A stretch of DNA of 64,000 bases from Lytechinus pictus (taxonomy: Eukaryota), in contig NC_087250.1 in NCBI RefSeq assembly GCF_037042905.1, positions 23,562,001 through 23,626,000 of the forward strand, written 5' to 3'. Of this stretch, positions 1-14,161 are shown piece after piece (position 1 is the stretch's first letter; every line of letters starts with the position of its first letter). A program made the position numbers and the translations under genes. Under the pieces are notes generated by a model. It did no database searches. It saw only the letters and a list, made by a program, of their open reading frames with translations, and was not told the origin of the DNA.

Positions 1-2934
1 GGTACACGGCTTTGGAAAATTGGGGGGCTAAAGCCCCCCGGCTCCGCGGCCCCTGATACATGCATATAGAAAGAAATAGAAAAAAAGGGGTAAGCACAAA
101 GGAGGGAGAGATATTCTTAATGCTTATTCATGGTGGGGGGGGGGGAGCATTTGTGTAAGTTTTATTACGTGCCTGGCGATTAAAATGAAGAAAAAAAAAA
201 CGCGTTTTCATGTAATTATTATAACCATATAGCTCCATGTTATAACAGTAGAAACAAATTAGACATACCCCATTCTTAGCGTCAAAGTCGCTCAGACTGG
301 CGAAATATGCTCCGAAGTGGACATTTGCTCCAGGTGAAATTCAACGGTATACCCCACCTTATTTTGTCGAAAACCTGTACTGTAGTCACGCAAAATGTTT
401 ACTGTCGGCAAATTTTGTGCCACACAAACATGACCAAGACATTCAGTAAGTAAAAATTAATATTCAAGAAAATACCAACTTGTGAAAGGCTACATGTCGT
501 GTCACCTTCTCGGCACACCCCTCCACTCTGGTTTCCATATCCTCTCGTACACACAGTGCTCTCAGTCTGGTCTCCACATCCACATCATGTCATACACACC
601 GTAGGTTTTAGATTATGATAATATTGTATATAATAGTGAGTTGCTTTTTTGTTTTATGTTGATCATGATTGTTTTCTTCACTGATAGAAAAAGGATAATT
701 AATTTTTTTTAAATAATCCAAAAATAAAATCCATATGTTCTGTTTTATATAGTTATTAGTCAAGGTTACTTTAGTTCGCATTAGTTCTCATTGTTTATAC
801 CGTTCTAATTCCTATGCATTATTCCGATTGATATTGTACTTTAAATTTGACTATGTATTGTTACTTTGATTATGTTGTGCTTTGTGAACGGAAAATGAAT
901 AAATCGTAATCTAAATCTAAATATGGTCCGCCAATAGTCGAATTATATTCATTATGATGTTATAATGTAAGTAACAATTTGTTGTTGATGGGGGATATAA
1001 TTTTACACGTAGTTTCAAAAAATAAAAAAAATCAATCAAACAAGATTTTCTTCTATAAATGATATACCTTCATGTGTATATGGCAGCCTATGTATTTTCC
1101 AAAAATGAACTATATGAGAAGAAAACGTGTGTTCATGTACTTATTATCATTATCATTGTACCACCATTATCGTCATCAGCATCTTCATCATCATTATCAT
1201 TGTCGTCGTCGTTTTGCTTATGCGGAAATCAAACAAAAATGATTGTGAAAAGGGTTATGGAGGGAAAGAGAGAGAGAGAGAGAGAGAAAGAGGGGGAGTG
1301 AGTGAGAGCTTGAGGAAAAAAGGAGGTGTATGACTTATTATTTCTGAATATCGCGATTTCTGTTTATTCATGGGATTGAAATAAAAGGATAAACTTAACA
1401 AGTTCTTGTCATTATCATTTTTTTATTTGATTTACTGATCAGAACATGAGATAAATGAAATCATGAAGACTGTACGTTCTCGACAGTTTTATTAACGTTT
1501 TCCAACCAAAACTACACTTTAATGACTGCAAACACCTTCATTTTCACACACTCGCAACTATGGACACAGTATACATGTAATTGAGAGTAGTGTCATTTTC
1601 AAAACCTTTCTTAGCTGCAAGGAATACTGAATCTCATTTCCACAATGTGCATCTGAATGCACAATGCCTGTGTTTTTAACATGTACCCAAATTACCAAAT
1701 TTAAAGAACACATGTTAAGATCTAATGAATCAGCTAAATAATCCACATTCTATCATGATCAGCAGGCATAACAGCCTATATACTCTTCAATACTTCAATT
1801 ACAGTTTGTCGAAAGAAATAACACAAAGAAAAAGAAATATATAGAATTGTAACTCTGGTAAATGTATCAAAAATATTCAATTAACGCATCGTGCTCTCAT
1901 TTCTTTTACGAGATATCTCCCCCCCCCCCGAGATATGCTTCATGTTTACAATTTTAAAAAAGGCGTATAAATGTCCCCTTTCCATGTCAATAACAGCTCG
2001 TGCTTTGTGCTCGCATTATAAATTCAGTGAGATGCGTATTGGGTTTCATGAATTTGTAACTATATTATTGCTGGTATATATATTATTGTCTTTTAAAAAT
2101 AACATTATTTGTTTAGACGTAATGAGAGAGATACATACATATATGCATTTATTATAATATATTTATATTGTCGCTATTGCACAGAATAGAACAAAAATAC
2201 AACCGAAGTCTAGTTTAATAGTAACTCACCAGTAGCGTAATGAGCCAACAACAAAAAATGGAGGGGGCGAGACAAGGATGACATTTATTTTCCTTTCCTT
2301 TATTCTTTTTTTTCATTGGTAGGGAGAATGGGGGGATCCGTGACCCCTAGCACGCCCCTCCCCCATCTGTACGCCAGTGATGATCATACTTTCGTTTGAA
2401 ACAAATTGAAGGAAAAAAGTGCAAGGGTAGATAAGGCCGAAGACGTAAATAAAAATTATTGATAAAAATATTAATGATTATAATACTGATAAATATACAA
2501 TAAATCAAGCGGTCACCAATAAAAATAAACAACGTGAAAGAACAAAACGAGAAAGAGCCCGCGCGAATGTATGGTGTATAATTTGCTGGAAAGCAGAAGA
2601 GATATTGTGTCCAACACCCCCCCCCCATTCTCTCCCCGCTCAAGACCGGAGTGAAACCAATGATAATAATATAATATATTAAAACAAAAATCCAGATTCA
2701 CAATTTCAATGGGGAGTGTGTCATTCCCCTTCTCCGTTACAATTTGTCAAGTGGCAGCGGCAGGGAGAACAATTTGTTTTGTTTTTTAAGCAGAAAGCTG
2801 CGATGATAGGGAGAGAATAAAATAAATAAAACATTAACGAATAACAAGAACAAAACAACGACAAAACAATTTGTATCAGGATGAATTTCTTATCATTTAA
2901 CCTAGACCAACTTGGAGAAATAAGATGTTCATGC

Positions 2935-3388
2935 AATTGTCGTATAATCGGAGCAGATGTCGGCGGAGCAAATATCGGCGGAGCAATTGTCGTATAATCG
3001 GAGCAATTTTCGGCGGAGCAAATATCGGCGGAGCAATTGTCGCGGAGCAATTGTCGTATAATCGGAGCAATTTTCGGCGGAGCAAATATCGGCGGAGCAA
3101 TTGTCGTATAATCGGAGCAGATGTCGGCGGAGCAATTATCGGCGGAGCAATTGTCGGCGGAGCAATTTTCGGCGGAGCAGATGTCGGCGGAGCACATGTC
3201 GGCGGAGCAAATATCGGCGGAGCAAATATCGGCGGAGCAAGTGTCGACGGAGCACATATCGGCGGAGCAAGTGTCGACGGAGCAACTGTCGGCGGAGCAA
3301 TTGTCCGGAGCAATTGTCGGCGGAGCAATTGTCTTATTTTGCGTAGCAATTGTCGGCGGAGCAGATGTCGGCGGAGCAATTGTCGGGT
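2935..3388. repeat. Minisatellite, ~15-bp unit (GGCGGAGCAATTGTC and variants)
   Basis: Direct tandem array, readable by eye. It explains the repetitive ORFs in several frames (SAEQLSAEQ, CSADICSAD, APPIFAPP). Confidence 0.95.
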
Positions 3389-3499
3389 CACCCCTAAACG
3401 AGCATCACTTGAGGTAGAGCACTGGTGCTCTGAGTGGAACTTTTCACAGTCTAAACCTACTATTGCTTGTCGTCGACTGGGAATTACATGCCACTGCAC

Positions 3500-5207
3500 C
3501 ACTGGCGTAAATCCCGGGGGTTGGGGGGGATATATCCCCCCACTTTTCGAGGAGGGGGGATGGCCTGTACAAACACCCCCCCACTTTTTACAAAAGAAAT
3601 TTAAAAAAATCACAAGAGATAATTGTTTTATTGGTGAAAATTCTTCCTAAAATACCGCTTAACAAATAAAACAATATTATTGAATCATAAAATGCAAATA
3701 AAGAGTCAGTTCACCATTTCCAAACGAAATACTTATGTCCATATTATAACATTGAAGAGAAACCCCCGTTTCTTCCAATTCATCAATGTTGGGGTCTTTG
3801 GGAAGAGATTAAGATGGAATGTAAATTTTTTTTAAATGTAATCTCTAATAAAACCATTAAACCATCATGGGGTAAAAAAGATAATAATATTGGAGGGGTA
3901 TTTGCCATATGGACATACAGTGGCGTAACTACGGGTGGGGGGGGGGGCATGGGGGGCACATGCTCCCCCCATCGGCTGACCAAAACAAAAACGGGGAAAT
4001 GGGGAAAAATTGAAAAGAGGGAGAAAGGAAGAGAAACGTAGTGGGAAAGAAAAAAATATTATTCATTATAATGTTATATTATATTATAATTATGTTATGT
4101 TACATTACATAAGAAACATTTTAATCATAACTTCATGAAACATAATTTGCCCAGGGCCTACGTCTTCATTGTTCCTGGTGCTCGCATTGTCTATTCAACG
4201 AGATATATAATCCTGTTGTACTAAAATATCCCGTTTTCAAGTCAATATAAACCAAATATATTTCCTAGCACTTGAGTTATCATTGTTTTATGTAGTGACA
4301 TATGCTTCTTTACATGATTAAACAAGTGATTGCCCATGTTAAGGTCTACGTATATATAAAAACATTTCCTTCCGTGATTACGTTCGCATTAGTGGATTGG
4401 TGAGATATGTCTGCTCTTCATGAATTCCTAAAATCAGTCCTTAAAATGTCCCTTCTTCTGATCTGAATATCAAAAATTTTCAGCTCGCGCTTCGCGCTCG
4501 CATCAGTTGGTTAATGAAATACGTATGGTCCTAGTTAATTCCTACAAAGAAACCTTAGAATGCCCCACTTCACGTCTGAATTATCTAAATTATCTAAATT
4601 TTCAGCTCGCGCTTCACGCTCGCAATATTTGATTAGTGAGATGCGTATGATAATCATGATTGCAATGACTACAAAAATTGTTTCATGTGTTCAGATGTAA
4701 TTCTAATAAAATCAGCAAGCGCTTGGCACTCGCATTAGATGACTTTGGTGAGATATGCATACTCTTAATGGATTCCTAAAATATATTCCTTAAAATCTCG
4801 CTGTTTGGGGTCAAAATAAACGAAAATTTCAGCTCGCGCTTCGCGCTCGCATTGTTTAGCGAGACAGGTACCTATCATGATTACACAAATTTGATTATAA
4901 TGTCCCTTTTTAGGTGTGAATATAAATAAAATCAGCTCGCGCTTCGCGCTCGCATTATTTGATCAATGAGATACATATCCGTTCAATGACATTGTCCTTA
5001 AAATGTCTCTATTAGGTCAGAATAACTAGCAACTGAGCGCGCTTCGCGCGCTCACTCAGTGATTCAAAAATTTTGCTGGTGCCCCCACAATGCCGTGACC
5101 CACGGTACGCCACTGTGGACATATCAATTACAATTCCTTGCATATCTAAAAAAATTCCAAACTATTTCAGTCATCCCCCCACCCCTCAACACGGATTTAC
5201 GCCAGTG
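3500..5207. mobile_element. Non-autonomous hAT-type DNA transposon (outer element)
   Basis: TIR CACTGGCGTAAATCC...GGATTTACGCCAGTG with an exact 8-bp TSD CACTGCAC (3492-3499 and 5208-5215). Confidence 0.9.
3918..5115. mobile_element. Non-autonomous hAT-type DNA transposon nested in the 3500-5207 element
   Basis: TIR CAGTGGCGTA...TACGCCACTG with an exact 8-bp TSD TGGACATA (3910-3917 and 5116-5123). Contains diverged ~110-120 bp internal repeats carrying CAGCTCGCGCTTCGCGCTCGCA. Confidence 0.9.
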
Positions 5208-6291
5208 CACTGCACCGACTTATTCCTGTATCAGATGATGATGATAATCTGTGCACCAAAACTAGAATATAAACTGATTAAAGTCAAACTAAAAATATCT
5301 GGTAGGCTTCCTACTAGTGTACATACTTCCTACCGTAGCCTGTAGAACATTTATTAACCAATTTGTTCAAAAATATTGTGGCTGTTGCAGACAGTATTTC
5401 TTGTAGTCCTTCTTAATCATCAACATAATATAATTTATACTTTGATTTGATTATTTAGACTATTTCTCTTTTTTTCTCTCTCCTACATACAGATCTGCAC
5501 ACTTGCTGACTCTGGTATCTGCTTACTACTTCAATCTGGGAGATTCTGATATGGACATGTGGCCATTTTTTCTTCACTCTGCTTTCCTGGAGGAGGAAAT
5601 TTATCCATATTGATCTTGGAAACATCAACTTAGAGCAGTTTTGGAGAGGACTATAATATTGAATTGGACAGGAATACAGCTTGTCAAAAATAAGAACACA
5701 CAATTTAAAACGAAAGAACAATTTTAATGTAACTAGGGCATTTTGTGAGAAATTTTCTACTCAATCACACATCCCAAATCAAGGGTAAGTCCTTTGATTA
5801 AACACAAACATTTAGTTGAATTGCAAGTGCAACTCGACCTTATTACGCTTGAATTTGAATTTGAGACTTACGCTTTGAACATAAGTTTCTTGCAATGCCC
5901 CATAGTTATATTTTGTTAGCAACTCTGTATCAGTTGTATACCATGCTGATTGCTGAAAGTTAAGTGTCGTGTATATATCGTCACAATTTTTTTCGAAGGT
6001 ATAATATATTTGTCCTTTTAAACGATATTTGAATATGGGTACGCCTTTTATTTGTTTTCCATGATATTCATTGCATGTATGAACAAAAGTGAAATATTTA
6101 TTGTGAAGCACTGTGAATGTTGTTTGGAGTTGTGTGATGGTTCATCATGTTTGTTATAAGACGGTAAGCCTGGTGGATGTGAGGAAGTGGCCTGGATGAA
6201 TGGAAAGTGAACATGTGTCCAATAACTGGTTTGCATATTTTAAGACAATTTTGTTTCTGGATAAATATCGCTATGCATTCCATGTGAAGAG

Positions 6292-6555
6292 TAAAGGAGA
6301 AGTCCACCCAACCAAAAATTCATTTGAATTTAAAGAAAAATAATAAAATATTGCAGAAAATTTCATAAAAACTTTGATTCAAATTTAAATAATAAAATGC
6401 CAAAAAAAATGAAATGAATGTGATGTGACATAACTCTAATTTGCATATCATTGTTTTGTGTATATAACTGTTTTGAGTAAAAAAAAAAAAAAAAAAAAAA
6501 CAAGGGAAATTACTCTATTCAAATAATTTTTAGTTGATGTGGACTTGACTTTTAA
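6292..6555. mobile_element. Degenerate TTAA-type (Kolobok-like) MITE
   Basis: Ends AAAGGAGAAGTCCACCC...GTGGACTTGACTTTTAA resemble the 32279-32879 family. Confidence 0.6.
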
Positions 6556-7682
6556 GTTTTAACTCATCCTCTACCCCTCCCATCCCTGCCCAAATAAGTG
6601 TAGAATCTAATCAAGAACTTGAAAATAGAAAGCAGCAATTAAGAAGTAAGATTTAATAAATGCAGGTCTGAATAGAATATCACATGAAAATAAAAAGAGC
6701 TGGGTAGGAATATAATAATTAAAAAAAAATCCTCGAATCAGAGGTTCGAACCAGGGTCCCCGCACTCATCAAAACAAAGGCTTTAAAGGTTTGGCCACAT
6801 ACCATATGTCTTTCATATATTGGTTTTTAATGCTATATAAAACAAAGTCCGTTCGCCGCTGTTGCCTCATAATGCTTCGGCAATTCAACTGCAATTCCAA
6901 TCATTTCGCGATGGATATTGCCGTGTTTTGGGGGTTCCTTGACTTTGCTACGTAATGAAATTTCATAATTTTTGTTCAGTCGTGAAGAAGAATATCTATG
7001 CTTTTTATTGATTATAATATCAATGTGACGCAAGTGTGATTTCTAAGTGAAAATATGCTTTGTTTATTCACATATATTTCTTGAAAAAAATTATTTGTTT
7101 CTAAGCTAAATATCGGTTACCAAAATATGTTAAATGCGCATTTCATTTTACTGTTCAGAAAATTCAAACTTTTATCTATATACTAAGACCAATCTTGTGA
7201 GGAATAAACAATTCAAGAGCAAAAAACGCTGATTGGAAAGATCGTCTTCAATGGGCTGCTGTTAGCTCAGCTGCTCACTGCTCTTGGTGTGACGTCACTC
7301 AGCTGGAGCTCGGCGAAGGACCGTTGAAGGAAGAAATATGCCATGAAAATAAGTCATTTTTGAGAGCTGATTTCTGCAAACTCTAATCACTATTTTAAAA
7401 AGTGAAGTTATATATCTGATTAGTAATACTTCCCCTTTACAATGATGACCACAAAAAGTCATTATAAAATACTTTTGATTCTTCGGGTGTGTACTTTAAG
7501 GATTAACTTTTAAATCTCAAGATTTAAATTCAAATCTCAACAGATTTATATGCAAATCCACTGGTTTAAATCTTAATCTGATATTCGACTGGTCACTATT
7601 CACAGCAAATCCTTGACTTTTAGAGTGTATTGAGATGTTTCATAAGAAGTTTTTAAAAAGCCTCCTTGGGCTTCGAATAAGC

Positions 7683-8440
7683 TAGTCCACCTCCTGCACT
7701 GTTGTTATCTTGTACGATACAACCTCCCGGACTGTTGTTATTTTGTACGATACGACACGCATACACACACCCCCTGAATAGTAACATGAAACAACATTTT
7801 TTTTCGGGGAAAGTGAATCAGTGGGTTAGGTGAATCACTGGGTTAGGCGAATCACTGGAGGTAAGTGAATCGGTGGAGGGCGTGTGTGTGTCGGTTACGT
7901 GTGCGCGCGGGTGCCATGAGCCTAATTACATCAGGAGGGCTAAAGATATTCGTTCGACCCAACCCATTCGAATTTTTTAAATTTGATATTGCTGATTGAC
8001 AAAAGTGTATGAATATGATTCAAAATCTAACACTGATTCTAGAAATGGTAACTACTAAACTTCCTTTGCCCAAATTGGGAAGATATATCAATGATTTGGA
8101 ACTATTTTTTGACTGGCGGAAGAATTGGGGCTATTTTACTGTTTCAGTTGATGAATTTGATCCCATCATAGTTATCTTCATAAATGGCGATTTATTTTTT
8201 AAAATGAGCTGGCTACGATACCCTTCTCTGGTCAGATATGGAATGTCAGATATATATCCTATCCAAAGGTAGTAAACATTCGACCCTCTAATTTCACATT
8301 TATTTTGTATGAATTTTTCTTAAGTGCCATTTTAACACACAAGTCTATGGGGAATGTTTTACGCGCGTGAGACCCGCGGGGCCGGGGCACGGTCCGATAG
8401 GGTTTACCCAATCAATAAAAATCGTCCAGGAGGTGGACTA
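7683..8440. mobile_element. Putative TIR element
   Basis: Inverted termini TAGTCCACCTCCTG...CAGGAGGTGGACTA. No clear TSD. Confidence 0.5.
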
Positions 8441-10394
8441 CTTAACTCAAGAGGAGGGTCCGCAAAACAGACTAGGTACATTACAGGGATTTTAAAAAAA
8501 AATCCAGGTGGATTGTAATTAGGGCCCAATCGAATTTTTAAATCTCAAAAGATTAAAGTTCAAATCCCTTCTATTTTTTGGATCAAAAGTAAATCTCAAG
8601 ATCGATTGGTACCTATTTACAATCCACCTGGGTTAATTTTAAAGAGAAGTTCGTAAACTAAAGAGCGACTTTAAGAACGACTGGTAAACCTTTCTTACGC
8701 ACTAAACCATCACCTTTGAACATTTAATGGTGAATACCATTTACCACAAGAAAGGATCACCAGTCGTTCTTAAAGTCGCAGTTGAATTGCGAACATCTTT
8801 ATGAAACACTCACCAGGACTTGCACATCCATGCAATATAGAGTGTAGAGAGAGGGGAAAGAGGAGGGGAGGGGGGGGGGGGAGGGTGTCAATTAGAGGGG
8901 GGATAGAGAGAGAAAGGAAGGGAGAAGAAAGAGCTACAGTGTGCATGTGTGTGTGTAAGGGGTGGGGTGGAAAGAGAGAGAGAGAAAAGCGAGGGGATAT
9001 GTGGAGCAAGTGAAATGAAGACAAAATGAATGAAAAAAAAACATAATGTATTTTCATATATTTTATTTCGACTTGGTGAAAGACTATTTCATCTCATATT
9101 TCATTTTACTGGCGCAAATATTCACTGCTGGATGATACGCGCCGTATATATAAGCTAAAATAACAACAACATCATAAATCATCTAACGTATTCCTTTTAT
9201 TAGATATCAAACATGAAATATCCATATAACTAAAATCTACATAATATGCCATATCTAATATTTACCTCATAATGATTATATTCTGTCTTTGGGTTCAATG
9301 AGAGAAGACGTGACAGATTTGAAATATTAACGACCTCGGATGTTGCGATTTAATATTATTATCTACTTTATGCATCGTGATAAATTCTAATGGCAAGTTT
9401 GCGACACATTTTGCAACAGACTCGACAAGCAGTATGCCACTTCCATCCGCTCATTTTACATAATTAGCAAGGTCAGCATGCTTAGGTACTAGACATAATT
9501 ATCCGAGGTAATTTAACTTTAATCGCAACAAATCGTGGAGTAATTTTCGACAAGTGTGTTGTTTCATCTTAGCTTCGAGTTTAAAGACAAGTAGAAGCAC
9601 TTCTTGGGAGTCATTGCATAGAGAGAGCGGAATGATAGCGAGGTTAATGTAGTCTTTAAACAAGGCCCTGTGTCCTTTATGATATTTATATCAAATGCCT
9701 ACCGACTGAAAAAAAATACTATTCGTGAAAGGCCGGGTGAATGCGAGGATTGCGAGCCAAGTCACTTAAGTCGCTCGATTTCGCGCTCACTACAGTCGGG
9801 TCGGGTCAATGCTCTTCGTCGGCTGCTAGACTCGTCTCAGTTACTACTTGACGAGGAGTATAGCAAGGTCGCGATTGTTGCATAAAATGTCATACAAGTC
9901 TTTTCATGAAGCGCGTCCCTAATCAATACTATGTGTGGTTTGTCGTTGACTGTGTGTTCAAAACGACTAGTCTTGAAAATACACATTTAGAGATTGAAAA
10001 AATCAATAATGAAGATAATGAGTTTAACCATAATTTTATTACTACTAAGAAACTAAAGTGATTTTGAGAAGAATAGCTTGTTTTGCTTTTAGGTAACATA
10101 ATGAGTGTGGTTTGAATGCTTGGAATAGTAAATTAATTAGTAATCATTCAAGTGGGACTATATTATAAGACTACACTGTTCTGAATGCTGCATTAAGCTG
10201 GCCAGATTGGATTTGAGGTGGCGCTATCAAGGCTGCTAATTGTTCGTAGCTGCTTTAAATGTAGAAACTATTTATTTCGTAATAAAGTTGTTGATTTTTT
10301 AGATTTTCCTTATTTTTCAGTTATGCAAACCACAATGATGAGCAATTGAGAGAGGCAATGACGTCACTCCCCTTTTCATTTGTATTTTTTATGG

Positions 10395-11780
10395 TATACT
10401 AAATGTACTTGGTCCAATGCTGTAATATACACTTGGTCTACTATACGCAATTGGTCTAATATCCACTTGGTCTACTATATGCACTTAGTCTAATGCTGTA
10501 ATATCCACTTGGTCTACTATACACATTTGGTCTAATGCTCTAATATCCACTTGGTCTACTATACGCACTTGGTCTTATATCCACTTGGTCTACTAAATGT
10601 ACTTGGTCTAATGCTGAAATATCCACTTGGTCTACTACACGCACTTGGTCTAATATCCACTTGGTCTACTAAATGCACTTGGTCTAATGCTCTAATATCC
10701 ACTTGGTCTAATATCCACTTTGTATACGATACGCACTTGGTTTAATGCTTTAATATCCACTTGGTCTACTATACGTTCTTGGTCTAATATCCCCTATGTC
10801 TACTATACGCACTTGGTCTAATGCTGTAATATCCCCTTTGTCTACTATACGCACTTGGTCTAATGCTTTAATATCCACTTGGTCTACTATACGCACTTGG
10901 TCTAATGCTCTAATATCCCCTTTGTCTACTATACGCATTTGGTCTAATGCTCTAATATCCACTTGGTCTACTATACGTACTTGGTCTAATATCCCCTATG
11001 TCTACTATACGCATTTGGTCTAATGCTTTAATATCCACTTGGTCTACTATACCCATTTGGTCTAATGCTCTAATATCCACTCTTTCTACTATACGCATTT
11101 GGTCTAATGCTGTAATATCCCCTTTGTCTACTATACGCATTTGGTCTAATGCTCTAATATCCCTTTGTCTACTATACGCACTTGGTCTAATGCTCTAATA
11201 TCCACTTGGTCTACTATACGCATTTGGTCTAATACTCTAATATCCACTTTGTCTACCATATGCATTTGGTGTAATGCTCTACGATACGCACTTGGTCTAA
11301 TGCTCTAATATCCGCTTGGTCTACTATATGCACTTGGTCTAATGCTCTGATATCCACTTTTTATTACTATACGCATTTGGTGTAATGCTCTAATATCCAT
11401 TTTGTCTACTATATGCACTTGGTCTAATGCTCTAATATCCACTTGGTCTACGATACGCACTTGGTCTAATGCTCTAATATCCACATGGTCTTCGATACGC
11501 ACTTGGTCTAATGCTGTAATATCCACTTGGTCTACTATATGTACTTGGTCTAATATCCCCTTTGTCTCCTTTATGCACTTGGTCTAATGCTCTGATATCC
11601 ACTTTTTTCTACTATATGCATTTGGTCTAATGCTCTAATAACTACTTTGTCTACTCTACGTATTGGTCTAATATCCATTTTGTCTACTATACGCATTTAG
11701 TCTACTATACGAATTTGGTCTAATGCTCCAATATCCATTTGGTCTACTATACGCACTTGGTCTAATGCTCTAATATCTAC
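10395..11780. repeat. Minisatellite, ~42-bp unit (TAATATCCACTTGGTCTACTATACGCACTTGGTCTAATGCTC) built from shorter TTGGTCTA subunits
   Basis: Direct tandem array. It explains the STIRTWSNALIS and DIRALDQVRIV ORFs. Confidence 0.95.
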
Positions 11781-12058
11781 ATCATGTTAAGAAGATTGTA
11801 CGTAATCATGTAGACTAATGGAGTTTTACAAGAAACTTGTAATCAATTGCAAGTCTATTTTCTGTCCCTAAATCAATCATAAGGCTTCATATTAATTGTG
11901 AATTTGATAGTGATTGCTAATCTACTTCTGGAATTAAGGAGTTTCATCTAATTTGCTACAGTTAAAATTCATCTATCAATCGTAAAATTAGAACAGAATA
12001 TTTGCAATCGCAATTTGCAATTAAGTAGTGCTAGACCAAGAGGATTTACGATCTCGTT

Positions 12059-12279
12059 CACTGCAAAAACACCGGTGTTGATATAACACCAGCCTGGTTT
12101 CTATATCGGCCAACACCAGAGAGGTGTTGAAACAACAGCGGCTTGGCATTTAAGCAACACCAATTAGTGTTAAACCAATATCGGTTTGATTCTTAATTGG
12201 TGTTGTTTCAACACCTCTCTGGTGCGGGCCGATATAGATACCGGGCTGGCGTTAAACTAACACCGGCGTTTTTGTAGTG
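12059..12279. mobile_element. Palindromic MITE, CACTG-ended (EnSpm/CACTA-like)
   Basis: TIR CACTGCAAAAACACCGGTGTT...AACACCGGCGTTTTTGTAGTG with internal AACACC repeats. Same family as 58203-58455. Confidence 0.8.
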
Positions 12280-13072
12280 TCGAAAAACAACTCCTTTATA
12301 GGTAATTAGGTGCATGTTTTGTGCGATGGGGGGGGTTAAGGGCCTTTTAGGGGGAGAAGGCAAAGCCTCCATCCCCGTCCTATCCACCCCTAAACGAGGT
12401 GAGCGTTAAAACCCAAAGTTTGGGTATTTACATTATTATCGATTCGGCAGTTAAAAAATATACAAAATATAGATATAAACAGAACCGTGAGTGAGTACAT
12501 GTAGCTTGGCTGCCTGGGTTCGGGAAAAGCTAACTTGATAACTATGACCCGAGGGTCTCCCTCCCCGACCAAGCTGCATGTACCCAGGACTGGTCTGTAA
12601 TAATAATAATTAATATAACATTAAAATAGCATTATTATTCTATATCATAAGAAGTTGACAAGATTGATAGTATGCAATAAGACCAGTCATTAGGTATAAA
12701 CGGTATGCACTAAATTGTTTGATGTTTCTAAGACGGGAGTTTGACGAGGTAGTTTTCGCATTTACTACGGGGAAACTCTCTTCAACGCATCGATTCCTTT
12801 GTAAATGCAATTAATATCACAATGAAGAGCTAAGAGGCTTTTGTCGAAAGTTGGTGGACTGGGAAAGCAGATCATCCGAAGATTTGCCCCAGACGAACAA
12901 TTGCAAATATATCGTTGTCCAGCGTCAAGAGATTCCGAAGCTCAGTCCCGTTCCACCAACTTTCGACAAAAGCCTCTCAGCTCTCCATTGCGATTTGACA
13001 TGCATTTTCAAAAGAATGGGTGCGTAGGAGAGGGTGTCTCCGTAGAAAATGCGAAAAGTCCAAACTTTCTCT

Positions 13073-14161
13073 TCAGCGACAGAGCAGCGTGTTTTTAAGT
13101 ACTTGCCTAAAAGGTTGAATGGTAAAATAGTAGACGACGATGTTGATCCCGCCATTGAAAGTAACAAGCATGGTAAAGATTTCATAGAGTAAAGGAGGAA
13201 CGTTGTGTCTGGTCACAGCAACGTAGACACTCATGAAGGATAAAGGGATATATGAGCAGAAGAAACAGCATATGATGATAAACGGTGTGCGAAGGATTCG
13301 CAGGTTCTTCAGTAAAGGTGATGCCTCGGCCTGACGTCGTGGCTCCCCCAATCTCTCGGCTGCGTTCACGGTGATGGGTGGTGGTTCCTGCGAAGACCCA
13401 CAAGCCGATTCCTCGATGCCATCGCCATTTTGAACTCTTTCTTCGTTACTCGTCGAGGCAGACCTCACAGCTGGTCTGTGTATCTGAATTAGACGTGATT
13501 GGATTTGATTGAGATGATGAAGGGAGATCTTGATGATGTGGACGTATTGAATTACCAGACAGACGGTAATTACCCACAAGTGTACAAAAATGCAAAATGT
13601 ATATGGTAAAAATGAAGGCTCTCGTAAGTCAATGACGCACATTTTAATCGGTGTGATCCGGATGATGCGATAGGATTCATCGTTTATGAATACGAAGAGT
13701 GTTATAATTGTGAGGTGGACTATTGCGAAAACGACGTATGCTGATAGTGTAAGATTGCGAGTAGCTATGCGGCGATGGAGCATCGGCCGCGCAATGAAGA
13801 GATAGCGCTCTGTGTTCAAAAGAGCGATAAACCATACACTCGTACCTATCATCGAAAAAGAAACAAATCCAAACGCTCGACATACCGGCTCTCGCCCGGT
13901 CGTCCACCCCGTTGACTCGCCGATCAATTCAGTAATGAGGTTGCTAACAGACATAAACGCAAACACCGCATCCGTAACAGCCTGGCCCATTAAACACACC
14001 TTAGTCGAGTCGAACATGGCGTCATAGGGAATCTTCGGCACAACTTTTAGGATCAGACTATTCCCAATCAGAGCTAAAATGTTGAAAGCAACAAATGAAG
14101 CGATGGCAAGTTCATATGACGGAATTTGTAAGGCAGGGTCGGTAGTTGGCCCAGTCGCCAT
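13073..14161 (-). CDS. Intronless rhodopsin-family (class A) GPCR, putative chemoreceptor-like
   Basis: 362-aa ORF with seven hydrophobic segments, TM1 GN, TM2 D, TM3 Cys and LNTERY (E/DRY motif), TM6 CFFCSYIP, TM7 NIVVY and helix-8 PFR. Confidence 0.93.
   Translation of the reverse strand: MATGPTTDPALQIPSYELAIASFVAFNILALIGNSLILKVVPKIPYDAMFDSTKVCLMGQAVTDAVFAFMSVSNLITELIGESTGWTTGREPVCRAFGFVSFSMIGTSVWFIALLNTERYLFIARPMLHRRIATRNLTLSAYVVFAIVHLTIITLFVFINDESYRIIRITPIKMCVIDLREPSFLPYTFCIFVHLWVITVCLVIQYVHIIKISLHHLNQIQSRLIQIHRPAVRSASTSNEERVQNGDGIEESACGSSQEPPPITVNAAERLGEPRRQAEASPLLKNLRILRTPFIIICCFFCSYIPLSFMSVYVAVTRHNVPPLLYEIFTMLVTFNGGINIVVYYFTIQPFRQVLKNTLLCR

Noticed and set aside
2721..3650. Long ORFs (178-241 aa) on both strands
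   Set aside because: They arise from a 15-bp tandem repeat lacking stops in several frames. No domain-like content.
10395..11780. Regular repeat array resembling CRISPR or a repeat protein
   Set aside because: Units are contiguous with no unique spacers, there are no cas genes and the context is eukaryotic. It is a minisatellite.
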